DNA of 64,000 bases from Gemmatimonadota bacterium (lineage in GTDB: Bacteria; Gemmatimonadota; Gemmatimonadetes; Gemmatimonadales; GWC2-71-9). A program made the translations under genes and the position numbers. The first letter of the stretch is position 1, and each line of letters opens with the position of its first letter. Below the pieces are notes generated by a model that was given only the letters and a program-made list of their open reading frames with translations, ran no database searches and was not told where the DNA came from. The DNA lies in NCBI GenBank assembly GCA_039586365.1, contig JBDHKN010000006.1:1-64000 (forward strand), given 5' to 3'. This document shows, piece after piece, positions 39,484-50,148 of the stretch.

Positions 39484-40370
39484 GCGACGGTCAGGACTCC
39501 CCGACCAGGGACCAACGTGAACAGCTGCAAGAGAAGATATTGACGGAATACCCTCGGCTCGGGCGGGACGACACGTTCCAGTTCTCTTGTCACCCCGGCG
39601 TGTCCTGCTTCAACAAGTGCTGCGGCGACGTCAACATATTCCTTTCTCCATATGATGTACTGCGAATGAAGCGGCGGCTCGGCATGAGTTCGACCGCTTT
39701 TCTGGACAAATACGCCCTCATGCCCGTTCAGAAGGACATGAAGACACCCGTCGTCATGCTGCGTATGAACGAGGACGATACTAAGAGTTGCCCTCACTTG
39801 ACGGGCGGGGGGTGCGGCATCTACTCGGACCGACCATGGCCTTGTCGCATGTATCCGTTGGGGTTGGCGGCACAAAAGGATACGTCAGATGGATGGCGGG
39901 GTGATCGGTTCTATTTCGTGCTGCAAGAAGAAGGGTGTAAGGGATTCGGGGAAGGGCAGCAGTGGACGGTGCAGCAGTGGCTCGATGACCAAGGCATCGG
40001 CGAGTACGACGAATGGGGAGAAGCGTTCAAGGAACTGGCGCTTCACAAGTTCTTCGAGGAAGGTGGCGTCCTTTCACCTGAGAAGATGCACATGTTCTTC
40101 ACTGCGTGCTACGACTTGGACAAGTTCCGGGAGTTCGTGTTCGGTAGCACGCTGTTGCAGCGGTTCGAGATGGACGAAGACTTCGTTGAAGAAATGCGCT
40201 ACGAGGATGAAGCGTTGTTGCGGTTCGCGTTCTTGTGGCTGCGATTCAGTCTCTTCGGCGAGCCAACAATGAAGGTGAAGAAGGGCGTTTTCGAAGCCTT
40301 CAAGGGAAGCGTCGACAAGAAGCGGTTGTTCGACAGAGAGTTGGTCAAGACCTCCGAAGGGGATGCATGA
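39480..40370 (+). CDS. YkgJ-family cysteine-cluster protein
   Basis: FSCHPGVSCFNKCC, LSPYD, CPHL...CGIYSDRPWPCRMYP. Confidence 0.85.
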   Translation: MSDGQDSPTRDQREQLQEKILTEYPRLGRDDTFQFSCHPGVSCFNKCCGDVNIFLSPYDVLRMKRRLGMSSTAFLDKYALMPVQKDMKTPVVMLRMNEDDTKSCPHLTGGGCGIYSDRPWPCRMYPLGLAAQKDTSDGWRGDRFYFVLQEEGCKGFGEGQQWTVQQWLDDQGIGEYDEWGEAFKELALHKFFEEGGVLSPEKMHMFFTACYDLDKFREFVFGSTLLQRFEMDEDFVEEMRYEDEALLRFAFLWLRFSLFGEPTMKVKKGVFEAFKGSVDKKRLFDRELVKTSEGDA

Positions 40371-41635
40371 TGAGCGGGCATGGCAAGAAGGGAAAGATCC
40401 TCGTGGTTGGTGGCGGGATCAGCGGTGTGACTGCAGCTGTGGAAGCAGCCGAGGCGGGTTGCGAGGTGGTGCTGGTGGAGAGGAATCCGTACTTGGGTGG
40501 CCGGGTGGCTCAAATGAACCAGTACTTCCCGAAACTCTGTCCGCCCAATTGCGGCTTGGAGATAAACTTCCGTCGCATGAAGACCAATCCGCGGATTCAA
40601 ATTCTAACGACGTCGGAAGTCGAGCAGATCACTGGTGCACCGGGCCACTACAAGGCAACGATCCGCCAGCATCCGCGGTTTGTAAACAGTAAATGCACCG
40701 GTTGCGGCGCATGCGTAGATGCTTGTCCAGTGGAGCGGCCCGACGCATTCAACTACGGAATGGGGTCGACCAAGGCAGTGTACCTGCCCTACGAGATGGC
40801 CTACCCGATGCGGTTCGTGATCGACGGCAGCGTGTGCCCCGGAGCAGAGTGCGGCAAGTGCGTACCGGCGTGTCCCTACGATGCCATCGACCTGGCCATG
40901 CAACCGGGGGTAATCGAACTGGAAGTCCAGGCGGTTGTCTGGGCCACCGGCTGGGACCCCTACGATGCGAAGAAGATCGAAGGTCTGGGTTTTGGGACAT
41001 ATCCGAACGTGATAACCAATGTCATGATGGAGCGGCTGGCTGCACTCGGTGGTCCCACTGCAGGAAAGATTCAGCGACCCTCGGATGCCAAGGAAATCGA
41101 GTCGGCAGCGTTCGTTCAGTGTGCCGGTTCTCGCGACGAAAACTACCTGAAGCACTGCTCTGGAGTGTGCTGTCTCGGATCGCTCAAGCAGGCCCGCTAC
41201 GTTCGCGAACAGTATCCCGAGGCGCAGATCTACATCTTCTACATCGACATCCGCGCACCAGGTCGGCTCGAGGATTTCTTCGTGGCGACCGAGGCAGACG
41301 AGAGACTCACTCTGATCAAAGGCAAAGTCGCTAAGATCGTCGAAGATTCGGCTAGTGGCGATCTGCAGGTCGAGGCGGAGGACACGCTCTCGGGTGAGCG
41401 GGTGATACAGAAGGTAGATCTCGTTGTGCTGGCGACAGGTTTGGTGCCAAACGGTGCCGGTGCCACACAGGTCGAGGGTGGCTTGTCGACCGATGAGGAC
41501 GGGTTCCTGCAGACCGAGCAGTCGCTTGGTGGACTGCTGGCCGCCGGATGTGCTAAGCGCCCGACGGAAGTGGCAACATGTGTTCGTGATGCCACCGGCG
41601 CTGTAGCAAAGGCTTTGCACTTCAGCGGGGAGTAG
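40367..41635 (+). CDS. qmoA: QmoA (HdrA-like flavoprotein)
   Basis: VVGGGISG, YFPKLCPPNCGLEIN, inserted ferredoxin motifs, QCAGSRD...CSGVCC; next to aprA. Confidence 0.92.
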   Translation: MMSGHGKKGKILVVGGGISGVTAAVEAAEAGCEVVLVERNPYLGGRVAQMNQYFPKLCPPNCGLEINFRRMKTNPRIQILTTSEVEQITGAPGHYKATIRQHPRFVNSKCTGCGACVDACPVERPDAFNYGMGSTKAVYLPYEMAYPMRFVIDGSVCPGAECGKCVPACPYDAIDLAMQPGVIELEVQAVVWATGWDPYDAKKIEGLGFGTYPNVITNVMMERLAALGGPTAGKIQRPSDAKEIESAAFVQCAGSRDENYLKHCSGVCCLGSLKQARYVREQYPEAQIYIFYIDIRAPGRLEDFFVATEADERLTLIKGKVAKIVEDSASGDLQVEAEDTLSGERVIQKVDLVVLATGLVPNGAGATQVEGGLSTDEDGFLQTEQSLGGLLAAGCAKRPTEVATCVRDATGAVAKALHFSGE

Positions 41636-41639
41636 AGCG

Positions 41640-43883
41640 GTGGAAAAGAAAGTAGCCGTTTACATATGCCAAGGTTGCGATATCGGAGCCTCGTTGGATG
41701 TCGGGGCGCTGAGCAAGGTTGCCACTGGTGAGTGCAACGCGGCGATTTGCCGTGACCACGAATGTCTCTGCTGCGACGAAGGCCGCGAAATGATAAAGCA
41801 GGATGTCCGGGAGGGCGCCAACGCTCTGGTGGTCGCTGCCTGCTCACCGCGCTTCATGACTGACGTCTTCATGTTCGATGGGTGCCGGACGGAACGGGTG
41901 AACTTGCGGGAGCACGTGGTCTGGAGCCACGAGCCAAACGACGAAGACACCCAGATGCTCGCTGACGACTATCTGCGCATGGGGGTAGCGCGGGCAAAGA
42001 AAGCGGAACTGCCCGATTCCTTCGAGACAGAGATCAACAAGACTGTTCTCGTGGTAGGGGGCGGGGCGACGGGCATGACGGCAGCCTTGGACGCAGCTGG
42101 TGCTGGCTACGAAGTGGTGCTGGTGGAAAGAGAGGAACAACTGGGTGGCTGGGCCGGCAAGTTCAAGTATCGGTTCCCGCTGAGTGCACCCTACCGAGAG
42201 CTGGAGTTGGTCGATCTCAAGCCGCGCATTGAAGCGGTCGAGAGCAATGAACGGATCAAGGTCTACAAAGGTGCCACGATAGGGCGCATTGACGGACAGC
42301 CCGGACAGTTTGATGTCTCTGTCAAGGCCAATGGCTCGTCAGCCGAGTTCCGTGTCGGCGCTATCGTGCAGGCAACGGGCTGGAAGCCATACGACGCGTC
42401 CAAACTTGGCCACTTGGGATACGGTCGCTGCCCCAACGTGATCACCAACGTTGAGATGGAGGAGTTGATCGCTGCCGGCAAGATCAACCGTCCCTCCGAT
42501 GGTAAGCCCGCCCGTCGCATTGCCTTCATCCAGTGCGCGGGATCTCGCGATAAGGAACACTTGCCGTACTGCTCGGGAGTGTGTTGTCGCGTGACGATCA
42601 AGCAAGCGATGGTTGCCCGGCAGTACGACTCGGAGACTGAGGCCTACGTGCTCTACAAGGACATCCGCACGCCGGGTCAATACGAGGACTTTTATCGCCG
42701 GGCTCAAGAAGACAGCGGCATCTTCTTCACCAAGGCGGAGGTCGTGGGTGTCGAGGAGACGGGAGAGCACAACCTGCAGGTGGAAGCAAAGGACACGCTG
42801 CTCGGTGACAGGATCTTGGTCGAGGCCGACTTGGTCGTCTTGGCCACCGGTATGGTGCCCACCGCGGCTGATGGAGAGCTAATCCGCCGCTTCGTAGACG
42901 CCAAGGCGGTCGTCGCAAAAGGCGAAGCAGGTGCACAACTGGAAGCGGCCAAGAAGACGGTGGAGGAACTGCAGCATGTTGAGGGAACCTCGATTCTCAA
43001 TTTGACCTATCGGCAGGGACCGGACCTCCCGTCTCTCAAATACGACTTCCCCGACTCGCATTTCATCTGTTTCCCTTACGAGACACGACGCACCAGTATC
43101 TATACGGCCGGCTGCCTGCGCGCACCGAGTGATTCCCTGGTTTCTATGGAGGACGGTGCCGGTGCTGCGCTCAAGGCAATTCAGAGCCTAGAGTTGGCCG
43201 CCAAAGGAGAGGCGGTGCATCCTCGTTGGGGTGATGCTTCCTTTCCCGACTTCTTCCTGCAGCGGTGTACGCAGTGCAAGCGGTGCACTGAGGAATGCCC
43301 CTTTGGAACTCTGAACGAGGATGTCAAGGGCACGCCGCAACCCAATATCACTCGCTGCCGCCGGTGCGGCATTTGTATGGGCGCGTGTCCCGAACGGATC
43401 ATCTCGTTCAAAGACTACTCCGTAGAAATCATCTCCTCGATGATCAAATCGGTTGAGATCCCCGACGAGTTCGAGGAGAAGCCTCGTCTGCTCGGCCTGA
43501 TCTGTGAGAATGATGCCTATCCCACTCTTGACACAGCCGGCCTCAAGCGAATCAAGCACAGCGCGTTCATTCGCCTTATACCGGTGCGGTGCCTGGGATC
43601 CGTAAACATCGTCTGGATTGCCGACGCTTTGTCGCGTGGCTTTGACGGAATCCTGCTAGTCGGATGCAAGTCGGGCGACGACTACCAGTGCCATTTCATC
43701 CGCGGCAGCGAACTGATGGGCACGCGAAGCGACAACATCCGTGAGAAGCTCACCCAACTGGCCCTGGAAGAGGAACGCGTGCGGCTGGAGCAACTGCCTA
43801 TCTCCGAATACGAGAGGCTACCGCAAATCATCAACGAGTTTGCGGAGCAGATTGAAGAGATTGGATTGAACCCGTTCAAGTGA
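41640..43883 (+). CDS. qmoB: QmoB (HdrA-MvhD fusion)
   Basis: AACSPR, QCAGSRD, FICFPYETRRT, CTQCKRCTEECP, CENDAYP, GCKSGDDYQCHF. Confidence 0.95.
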   Translation: MEKKVAVYICQGCDIGASLDVGALSKVATGECNAAICRDHECLCCDEGREMIKQDVREGANALVVAACSPRFMTDVFMFDGCRTERVNLREHVVWSHEPNDEDTQMLADDYLRMGVARAKKAELPDSFETEINKTVLVVGGGATGMTAALDAAGAGYEVVLVEREEQLGGWAGKFKYRFPLSAPYRELELVDLKPRIEAVESNERIKVYKGATIGRIDGQPGQFDVSVKANGSSAEFRVGAIVQATGWKPYDASKLGHLGYGRCPNVITNVEMEELIAAGKINRPSDGKPARRIAFIQCAGSRDKEHLPYCSGVCCRVTIKQAMVARQYDSETEAYVLYKDIRTPGQYEDFYRRAQEDSGIFFTKAEVVGVEETGEHNLQVEAKDTLLGDRILVEADLVVLATGMVPTAADGELIRRFVDAKAVVAKGEAGAQLEAAKKTVEELQHVEGTSILNLTYRQGPDLPSLKYDFPDSHFICFPYETRRTSIYTAGCLRAPSDSLVSMEDGAGAALKAIQSLELAAKGEAVHPRWGDASFPDFFLQRCTQCKRCTEECPFGTLNEDVKGTPQPNITRCRRCGICMGACPERIISFKDYSVEIISSMIKSVEIPDEFEEKPRLLGLICENDAYPTLDTAGLKRIKHSAFIRLIPVRCLGSVNIVWIADALSRGFDGILLVGCKSGDDYQCHFIRGSELMGTRSDNIREKLTQLALEEERVRLEQLPISEYERLPQIINEFAEQIEEIGLNPFK

Positions 43884-43900
43884 CCCTAGGAGCGCCGAGG

Positions 43901-45072
43901 ATGTCCGAGGCCCTATTGTTGAAACCGGACCGGAAGTTCGTCGAGGCGATCGTCGCATCAGGTGGTGACGGATCTGGGCTCAGTGGGGTCTCAGAGACCG
44001 TCTAATGGCGGACCCTGACATCTGGCTTTGCCACCAGTGCAACGACTGTTCCAAGAAATGCCCGCGCGGGGCACGACCGGGTGACGTGCTCGCAGCGGTA
44101 CGCAAACAAGCGGTGCAGTACCATTCGGCTCCGCGGTTTCTTGGCAACTTGGTGAATCGCACCAAGTACTTCCCGCTGCTGTTCATGGCTTTGCCGGCAA
44201 TACTACTGGCGCTGGCACTTACGGTTCGCGAGCCCCTGGAGCAGTTGCTCTCGCTCGGTGAGCCCCACGAAGCTCTGTACGCTGCGTTTTTCCCCCATTG
44301 GCTGCTGATCGGGTTCTACGCGTCCTTCACGGGTTTGGCCTTCATCGGTGCTGTGGTAGGCGTTGTGCGGTTCTGGCAAGCGATGCGAGTTGCTGACGCA
44401 GGTACCGATTCGGGACCACAGACTCTCGGAGTTGTACCCAGTATGGTACGGACCCTCAGATCGATCCTCTTCCATGACAAGTTCGCCAAGTGTACGGATC
44501 AAGCCTCTCGGCGCTGGACGCATTTGCTGGCTTTCTACGGTTTCGTAGCGTTGTTCGTGGTCACGATCTGGGCGACCATCGACCTTTACTTAATGCCCGT
44601 ATTTGGAGTGGATTCGCTCTATCCCTTTGACCTTCTTCACCCTATGAAGCTGCTCGCGAACGTAGGTGGTGTGGTGTTGGTGGTCGGGTGTGTGAAGGCG
44701 ATAACTGACCGCAGGCGTAGCCAATCGTCGGTCACCACGGCATTCGACAATCTCTTTGTTTGGTTGCTGCTGGGTGTGGCCGTTACGGGGTTCCTGACTG
44801 AGGTGTTCCGGTTCGCAATAGAGGGCGCAGGGCAATCAGGACTGACATTCAGCGCCTATTTCACGTATTTCGTACACCTGGTACTGGTGTTCGGGCTGCT
44901 GGTTTACCTGCCCTATTCGAAGTTCGCTCACTTGATATACCGCACGGTTGCTCTGGTTTACGCCGAGCATTCTGGACGGAACTTAGACGGTCGCCAACTG
45001 CTGCCGGCGGCAGGCGCCCGGCCGCAGATTGAATCTCATGCTGACAAGGCCATCGAGGCCGCAAACGCGTGA
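43901..45072 (+). pseudogene. qmoC: QmoC interrupted by an internal deletion and frameshift at ~43970
   Basis: MSEALLLKPDRKFVEAIVASGGD from 43901, then IWAQWGLRDRLMADPDIWLCHQCNDCSKKCPRGA in another frame from 43972, followed by the TM/heme-b domain (PYSKFAH). Confidence 0.85.
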
Positions 45073-45086
45073 CAGGGGAACAAAAC

Positions 45087-46319
45087 ATGGATCAGCTAGT
45101 CAAGCCACATGGCAAAGAAAAGAAGCTCAAGCCCCTTATTCTCAAGGGCAAGGAGCTTGGTGAGGAACAGAAGAAAGCCGAGTCTCTCAAGAAGATCACC
45201 ATGACTTCACGCGAGACGGGAGATGCCATCATGATGGGCATCGGCGGGTTCACACCGCTCGATGGCTTCATGGGCAGTGCCGACTGGAAGGGTGTCTGCA
45301 CGGACATGAAGCTGAGCGACGGAACGTTCTGGCCGATTCCCGTGACTGTGTCGGCTACGAAGCATGACGCCGACTCGATCAAAGAGGGTCAGGAAGTGAC
45401 CCTGGTCGACGAAGAGACCGGGACCAACATGGCCACAATGAAGGTGACGGAAAAGTACACCATCGATAAGCAGTTGGAGTGCAAAGAAGTGTACAGGACG
45501 GATGATTCGGAACATCCCGGCGTAGCGATGGTGATGGCGCAGGAGGACTTCAATCTGGGCGGGCCAATCAAGGTTCTGAGTGAGAGTTACTTCCCAGAGG
45601 AGTTCAAAGATGTCTACATGCGGCCCGCTGAGTCGCGGCAGCTGTTCAATGAGAAGGGGTGGCGGACCGTAGCTGCGTTGCAGTTGCGCAACCCGATGCA
45701 CCGCTCGCACGAGTACCTGGCCAAGATCGCTTTGGAAGTTCTGGACGGCCTGTTTATCCATCAATTGGTCGGCAAACTGAAACCGGGCGACATACCGGCC
45801 GATGTTCGAGTCAACTGTATCAACACTTTGGTGGAGAACTACTTCCTGAAGGACTCGGTTGTTCAGGGCGGTTACCCACTCGACATGCGCTACGCTGGGC
45901 CACGCGAGGCCCTACTCCACGCGGTGTTTCGGCAGAACTATGGATGCAGTCACTTGATTGTGGGCCGTGACCACGCTGGAGTAGGTAGCTACTACGGACC
46001 GTTCGACGCGCAAGAGATCTTCCATGAGATACCGGCGGGAGCACTCGAGACCCAACCGCTGAAGATCGACTGGACCTTCTACTGCTTCAAGTGTCGCGGC
46101 ATGGCTTCCATGAAGACCTGCCCGCATGGCAAGGATGACCGGCTTCTATTGAGCGGCACGGTTCTGAGAAAGACTCTCTCGGAGGGTGGAGATCCACCAG
46201 ATGACTTCAGCCGTCCTGAGGTGTTGGCCATTCTGAAGGACTACTACTCCGGTCTGGAAGAGAAGGTCGAGATAAAGCTACACCAGTTCGCAACGGGGGA
46301 TGTGAAGAAGAAGAAGTGA
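45087..46319 (+). CDS. sat: Sulfate adenylyltransferase
   Basis: [40 protein letters not shown]. Confidence 0.97.
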   Translation: MDQLVKPHGKEKKLKPLILKGKELGEEQKKAESLKKITMTSRETGDAIMMGIGGFTPLDGFMGSADWKGVCTDMKLSDGTFWPIPVTVSATKHDADSIKEGQEVTLVDEETGTNMATMKVTEKYTIDKQLECKEVYRTDDSEHPGVAMVMAQEDFNLGGPIKVLSESYFPEEFKDVYMRPAESRQLFNEKGWRTVAALQLRNPMHRSHEYLAKIALEVLDGLFIHQLVGKLKPGDIPADVRVNCINTLVENYFLKDSVVQGGYPLDMRYAGPREALLHAVFRQNYGCSHLIVGRDHAGVGSYYGPFDAQEIFHEIPAGALETQPLKIDWTFYCFKCRGMASMKTCPHGKDDRLLLSGTVLRKTLSEGGDPPDDFSRPEVLAILKDYYSGLEEKVEIKLHQFATGDVKKKK

Positions 46320-46485
46320 AGGATTGGCCGTACGTGAAGACCGTGCCACAGTACACGGCTGACCTGTGAGCGTATCGCTCGAGTGAACGGCTTCGCCGCG
46401 GGCAACTAACAGCGACATGTAGACCGCAACCAGGCCATGATGAGCGGCCAGATGTGAAACGTGGGCCCAAGAACGGAGGACGTAG

Positions 46486-46803
46486 ATGGAACAGAAGGAA
46501 TTCGGTGGTAGGCTGCTAGAAATCGACGAGGACGGATTCATCCAGGATCCCGATGCTTGGGATCAGGCCGTTGCCGCCGATCTTGCGAAGACCGAAGGCG
46601 TTGACAACATGACGGACGATCACTGGAAGGTCGTCAACTATTTGAGGGAGTACTATCTCGAGTACAACATGGCTCCCATGATCCGCAAGCTTTGCAAGCA
46701 GACGGGCTTCAAGCTGAAGGAGATCTACGATCTGTTTCCCAGCGGCCCGGCGAAGGGTGCCTGTAAGGTGGCTGGACTTCCCAAGCCTACCGGCTGTGTG
46801 TGA
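46486..46803 (+). CDS. dsrC: DsrC sulfur-carrier protein
   Basis: DEDGF, HWKVV, LFPSGPAKGACKVAGLPKPTGCV with both C-terminal cysteines. Confidence 0.97.
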   Translation: MEQKEFGGRLLEIDEDGFIQDPDAWDQAVAADLAKTEGVDNMTDDHWKVVNYLREYYLEYNMAPMIRKLCKQTGFKLKEIYDLFPSGPAKGACKVAGLPKPTGCV

Positions 46804-46936
46804 TCTGAGTGACTCGCGGGCCGGACTAATGCCGCACGCGTTGTCCGGCCGCGAGCCGCAATAGGAGCAACTTGGATCGCTCAGCCAGCTGGCCGCTGGC
46901 TGACACTCACTGGCAACAAAGGAGGAGGGCAGGATC

Positions 46937-47470
46937 TTGTCTCTGGACGTACTGTTGCGCAACAGTGAAGATGCCATCCTTTCGAGATGGTTAGACGACG
47001 CATTGGCTGTGTATCCCGGAGATTCAGCTGCAATATTCAAGCGCGAGAAGGATCCCTTCGCCAACCCCATTGGACGCAGCCTCCGGGAAGGAACGCGAGG
47101 AATTCTCCGTGCCCTAGTGAACGGAAAGAATGCCGAAGTGGTGCGCCAACATGTGTCCGAGATCATGAGGATCGGGGCGGTGCAACAGCATTCGCCCTCC
47201 CGGGCAATCGGTTTCCTGTTTTCTCTCAAGGGTGCGATCCGAGCTGAACTGCATGGAGCAGTCACGCAAGCCGAATATTCGTCCGCGTTGGCGGAACTAG
47301 ACAACCAGATCGATCAGATTGGTCTGATGGCCTTCGACATCTACGTCCAGTACAGAGAGCAAGTGTGCGAGCTACGCATCAACGAAGTCAAGCGGCAGGT
47401 CTCTCGGATTGTGGACAAGATGAACAGGCGTGTTCCTGATCAGGAATTGGTCCAGATCGATCACCCATGA
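46937..47470 (+). CDS. dsrT: DsrT (RsbRD N-terminal-like)
   Basis: KDPFANPIG, IMRIGAVQ, AFDIYVQYRE; immediately upstream of dsrM. Confidence 0.85.
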   Translation: MSLDVLLRNSEDAILSRWLDDALAVYPGDSAAIFKREKDPFANPIGRSLREGTRGILRALVNGKNAEVVRQHVSEIMRIGAVQQHSPSRAIGFLFSLKGAIRAELHGAVTQAEYSSALAELDNQIDQIGLMAFDIYVQYREQVCELRINEVKRQVSRIVDKMNRRVPDQELVQIDHP

Positions 47471-47510
47471 GAGTGTCGGTGGGAGTGAACGTGAGAAGGA
47501 AGGGTTTCTG

Positions 47511-48500
47511 ATGAACATCCTGGTGCCCCTCTTAGGTGTGGGTGGGCTCTTCCTGCTGGGCTTACTCGGTGCAGCAGCCGGAATGCAGTGGCTTTTCGGT
47601 ATTCTGTTACCCTACGTTGCCCTGGCTCTCTTTCTCGGCGGTCTGATATACCGGGTCATTAGTTGGGCGAACATCCCCGTTCCTTTCCGGATCCCGACAA
47701 CATGTGGGCAGCAGAAGTCACTGCCTTGGATTAGGCAGCAAAAGCTGGACAATCCCAGCACCACGCTTGGTGTCGTAGGGAGAATGGCGCTGGAGGTACT
47801 CTTCTTCCGCTCGTTGCTGAGGAACACCAAGACCGCATTGGTCGATGGCGACAAGCTTGCCTATGGAACTGATCTATCGCTTTGGCTCGGAGCCATGGCG
47901 ATGCACTGGTCGCTGTTGATAGTCCTGATCAGACACCTGCGGTTTTTCACCAATCCGGTCCCCTCCCTTGTGACATTTATTGAACAGACTGACGGGTTCA
48001 TGGAGGTGGGTCTGCCGGTCATCTTCGCGACCACAATCGTATTCGCTGTGGCATTGGCATATCTGCTATACAGGAGGGTCGCCAATCCCCAGGTGAGATA
48101 CATCTCACTGGCCGGCGACTACTTCGCGCTGTTTCTGCTGTTGGGAATCGGTATGAGCGGATTCTGGCTCAGGCACCTGGCCAAGACAGACGTAACAGCA
48201 GTCAAAGAACTCGTCCTGGGATTGACGTATTTCGCGCCCAGCGTCCCAGACGGAATAAGCCCACTGTTCTTTGGGCACCTCTTTCTGGTGTCTGTGCTGC
48301 TGAGCTACTTCCCGGTCAGTAAGCTGCTGCACATGCCCGGTGTGTTTCTGAGCCCGACTCGGAACATGGCAAACAACAATCGAGCGGTTAGGCACGTGAA
48401 CCCGTGGGATTACCCCGTCAAAGTGCACAGCTACGAAGAGTATGAGGATGAACTCAGGGACAAGATGAAAGCGGCCGGCATCCCGGTCGAGAGGCAATAG
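47511..48500 (+). CDS. dsrM: DsrM membrane cytochrome b
   Basis: PVPFRIPTTCGQQKSL, RHLRFF, SKLLHMPGVFLSPTRN. Confidence 0.95.
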   Translation: MNILVPLLGVGGLFLLGLLGAAAGMQWLFGILLPYVALALFLGGLIYRVISWANIPVPFRIPTTCGQQKSLPWIRQQKLDNPSTTLGVVGRMALEVLFFRSLLRNTKTALVDGDKLAYGTDLSLWLGAMAMHWSLLIVLIRHLRFFTNPVPSLVTFIEQTDGFMEVGLPVIFATTIVFAVALAYLLYRRVANPQVRYISLAGDYFALFLLLGIGMSGFWLRHLAKTDVTAVKELVLGLTYFAPSVPDGISPLFFGHLFLVSVLLSYFPVSKLLHMPGVFLSPTRNMANNNRAVRHVNPWDYPVKVHSYEEYEDELRDKMKAAGIPVERQ

Positions 48501-48504
48501 ATCG

Positions 48505-50148
48505 ATGTCAAAGCCGGACGAATCAGACTATTACAGGCAGGAAGACCTGCTGAAGCTGGACTGGCGCCCCCCCAATACGGCGTGGATGGACACTCCTGTG
48601 GACATCAGGCCGGGTTCGTTCATATATCCCGGCAAAGCCAAGAATCTCAAGGTTCTGGACTTGCCGAATCCGAGGGACTGGGCGGTAACGGACGACGACT
48701 GGAAGCTTCCTGAGGGCTGGAAGCGGACTGTCTTGGAGGGGATGGCGGAGCGGCTGAAGCGATATCGCACGTTCAGGATCTTCATGGACACCTGTGTACG
48801 TTGCGGGGCCTGCGCAGATAAGTGCCACTTCTTCATCGGTAGTGGTGACCCAAAGAACATGCCGGTACTCCGGGCCGAACTGCTGCGGTCCATCTACCGC
48901 AAGGATTTCACGGCGCTGGGTAGGGTCTTCGGCAGGCTGGCTGGCGGCCGCGAACTCACCGAAGACGTGATCAAGGAGTGGTTTTACTACTTCTTCCAGT
49001 GTACTGAGTGTAGGCGTTGCTCGGTCTTCTGTCCTTACGGCATCGACACGGCCGAGATCACTATGATCGGGAGGGAGCTGCTGGGCCTCCTCGGGGTTTA
49101 CGTAAACTGGGTGATCGAGCCGGTCGCAAACTGCTACAAGGTGGGAAACCACTTGGGAATACAGCCACACGGCCTGGCGGACACCTTGGAGTTCATGGCG
49201 GGTGACATCGAAGAAGCGACTGGCATCAAAGTCGACATCCCGATCAACAAGAAGGGCGCTGAGATCCTTTTCGTCACCCCGTCGGGCGATTTCGTGGCCG
49301 ATCCTGGAATCTACACGTGTATGTCCTATATGCTGCTGTTCCATGAACTGGGGATCGACTACACCTGGAGTACGTACGCTTCTGATGGGGGCAATTTCGG
49401 GCTGTTCACATCACATGAGATGATGAAACGCCTCAACGCCAAGATCTACGCCGAGGCCAAGCGTTTGGGAGTAAAGTGGATCTTGGGAGGCGAGTGCGGC
49501 CACATGTGGAGGGTAATCCATCAGTACATGGATACCATGAATGGTCCGGCTGACTTCCTGGAGGTGCCTCAGTCTCCCATAACAGGAACCGTGTTCGAGA
49601 ACGCTCGATCCACAAAGATGACGCACCTGATGGAGTTCACTGCTGACCTAATCCGGCATGGAAAGCTGAAGCTCGATCCCTCACGCAATGACCACATCAG
49701 GGTCACCTTCCACGACTCGTGTAACCCGGCCCGAGCCATGGGCATCTTTGAAGAACCACGCTACGTCTTGCGAAATGTGTGCAACAACTTCTTCGAGATG
49801 CCCGAGAACACCATACGGGAGCAAACGTTTTGCTGTGGAGGTGGTGCCGGGCTGGGAACGGACGAGAACATGGAGATGCGGTTGCGCGGTGGCCTTCCGA
49901 GGGGTAACGCGGTGAGGTACGTGCAAGAGAAGCACGGGGTGAATCAGCTTGCCGCGATGTGTGCTATCGACCGGGCAACCCTGGTGACCGTGTGTGACTA
50001 CTGGGCACCTGGAGTCAAGGTGACCGGTATCAGCGAGCTGGTTGCAAATGCCATGATCTTCCGGGGTGAGAACAAGCGGACGCACAACCTACGTTTGGAA
50101 CCGATCCCTGGGATGGGAGCTGAGGAGGGGGAACCCAGCGATGACTGA
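48505..50148 (+). CDS. dsrK: DsrK (HdrD-like Fe-S protein)
   Basis: CVRCGACADKC, CTECRRCSVFCP, GECGH, HDSCN, CCGGG. Confidence 0.96.
   Translation: MSKPDESDYYRQEDLLKLDWRPPNTAWMDTPVDIRPGSFIYPGKAKNLKVLDLPNPRDWAVTDDDWKLPEGWKRTVLEGMAERLKRYRTFRIFMDTCVRCGACADKCHFFIGSGDPKNMPVLRAELLRSIYRKDFTALGRVFGRLAGGRELTEDVIKEWFYYFFQCTECRRCSVFCPYGIDTAEITMIGRELLGLLGVYVNWVIEPVANCYKVGNHLGIQPHGLADTLEFMAGDIEEATGIKVDIPINKKGAEILFVTPSGDFVADPGIYTCMSYMLLFHELGIDYTWSTYASDGGNFGLFTSHEMMKRLNAKIYAEAKRLGVKWILGGECGHMWRVIHQYMDTMNGPADFLEVPQSPITGTVFENARSTKMTHLMEFTADLIRHGKLKLDPSRNDHIRVTFHDSCNPARAMGIFEEPRYVLRNVCNNFFEMPENTIREQTFCCGGGAGLGTDENMEMRLRGGLPRGNAVRYVQEKHGVNQLAAMCAIDRATLVTVCDYWAPGVKVTGISELVANAMIFRGENKRTHNLRLEPIPGMGAEEGEPSDD

Noticed and set aside
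40604..41620. 338-aa minus-strand ORF and similar long antisense ORFs over aprA, dsrK, dsrB and ribosomal genes
   Set aside because: Shadow frames typical of GC-rich coding DNA opposite well-supported genes
43881..43889. TGA ending qmoB as selenocysteine read-through
   Set aside because: It falls at the expected C-terminus (NPFK) and an in-frame TAG follows one codon later
43960..44005. Programmed frameshift restoring QmoC
   Set aside because: No slippery run, and the missing cysteine motif is absent from all frames, so frameshifting could not restore it
46365..46383. TGTGAGCGTATCGCTCGAG before dsrC as another operator copy
   Set aside because: Does not fit the GTGA-N8-TC(A/G)(C/T) spacing or A/T-rich core; a 5-bp inverted repeat is expected by chance
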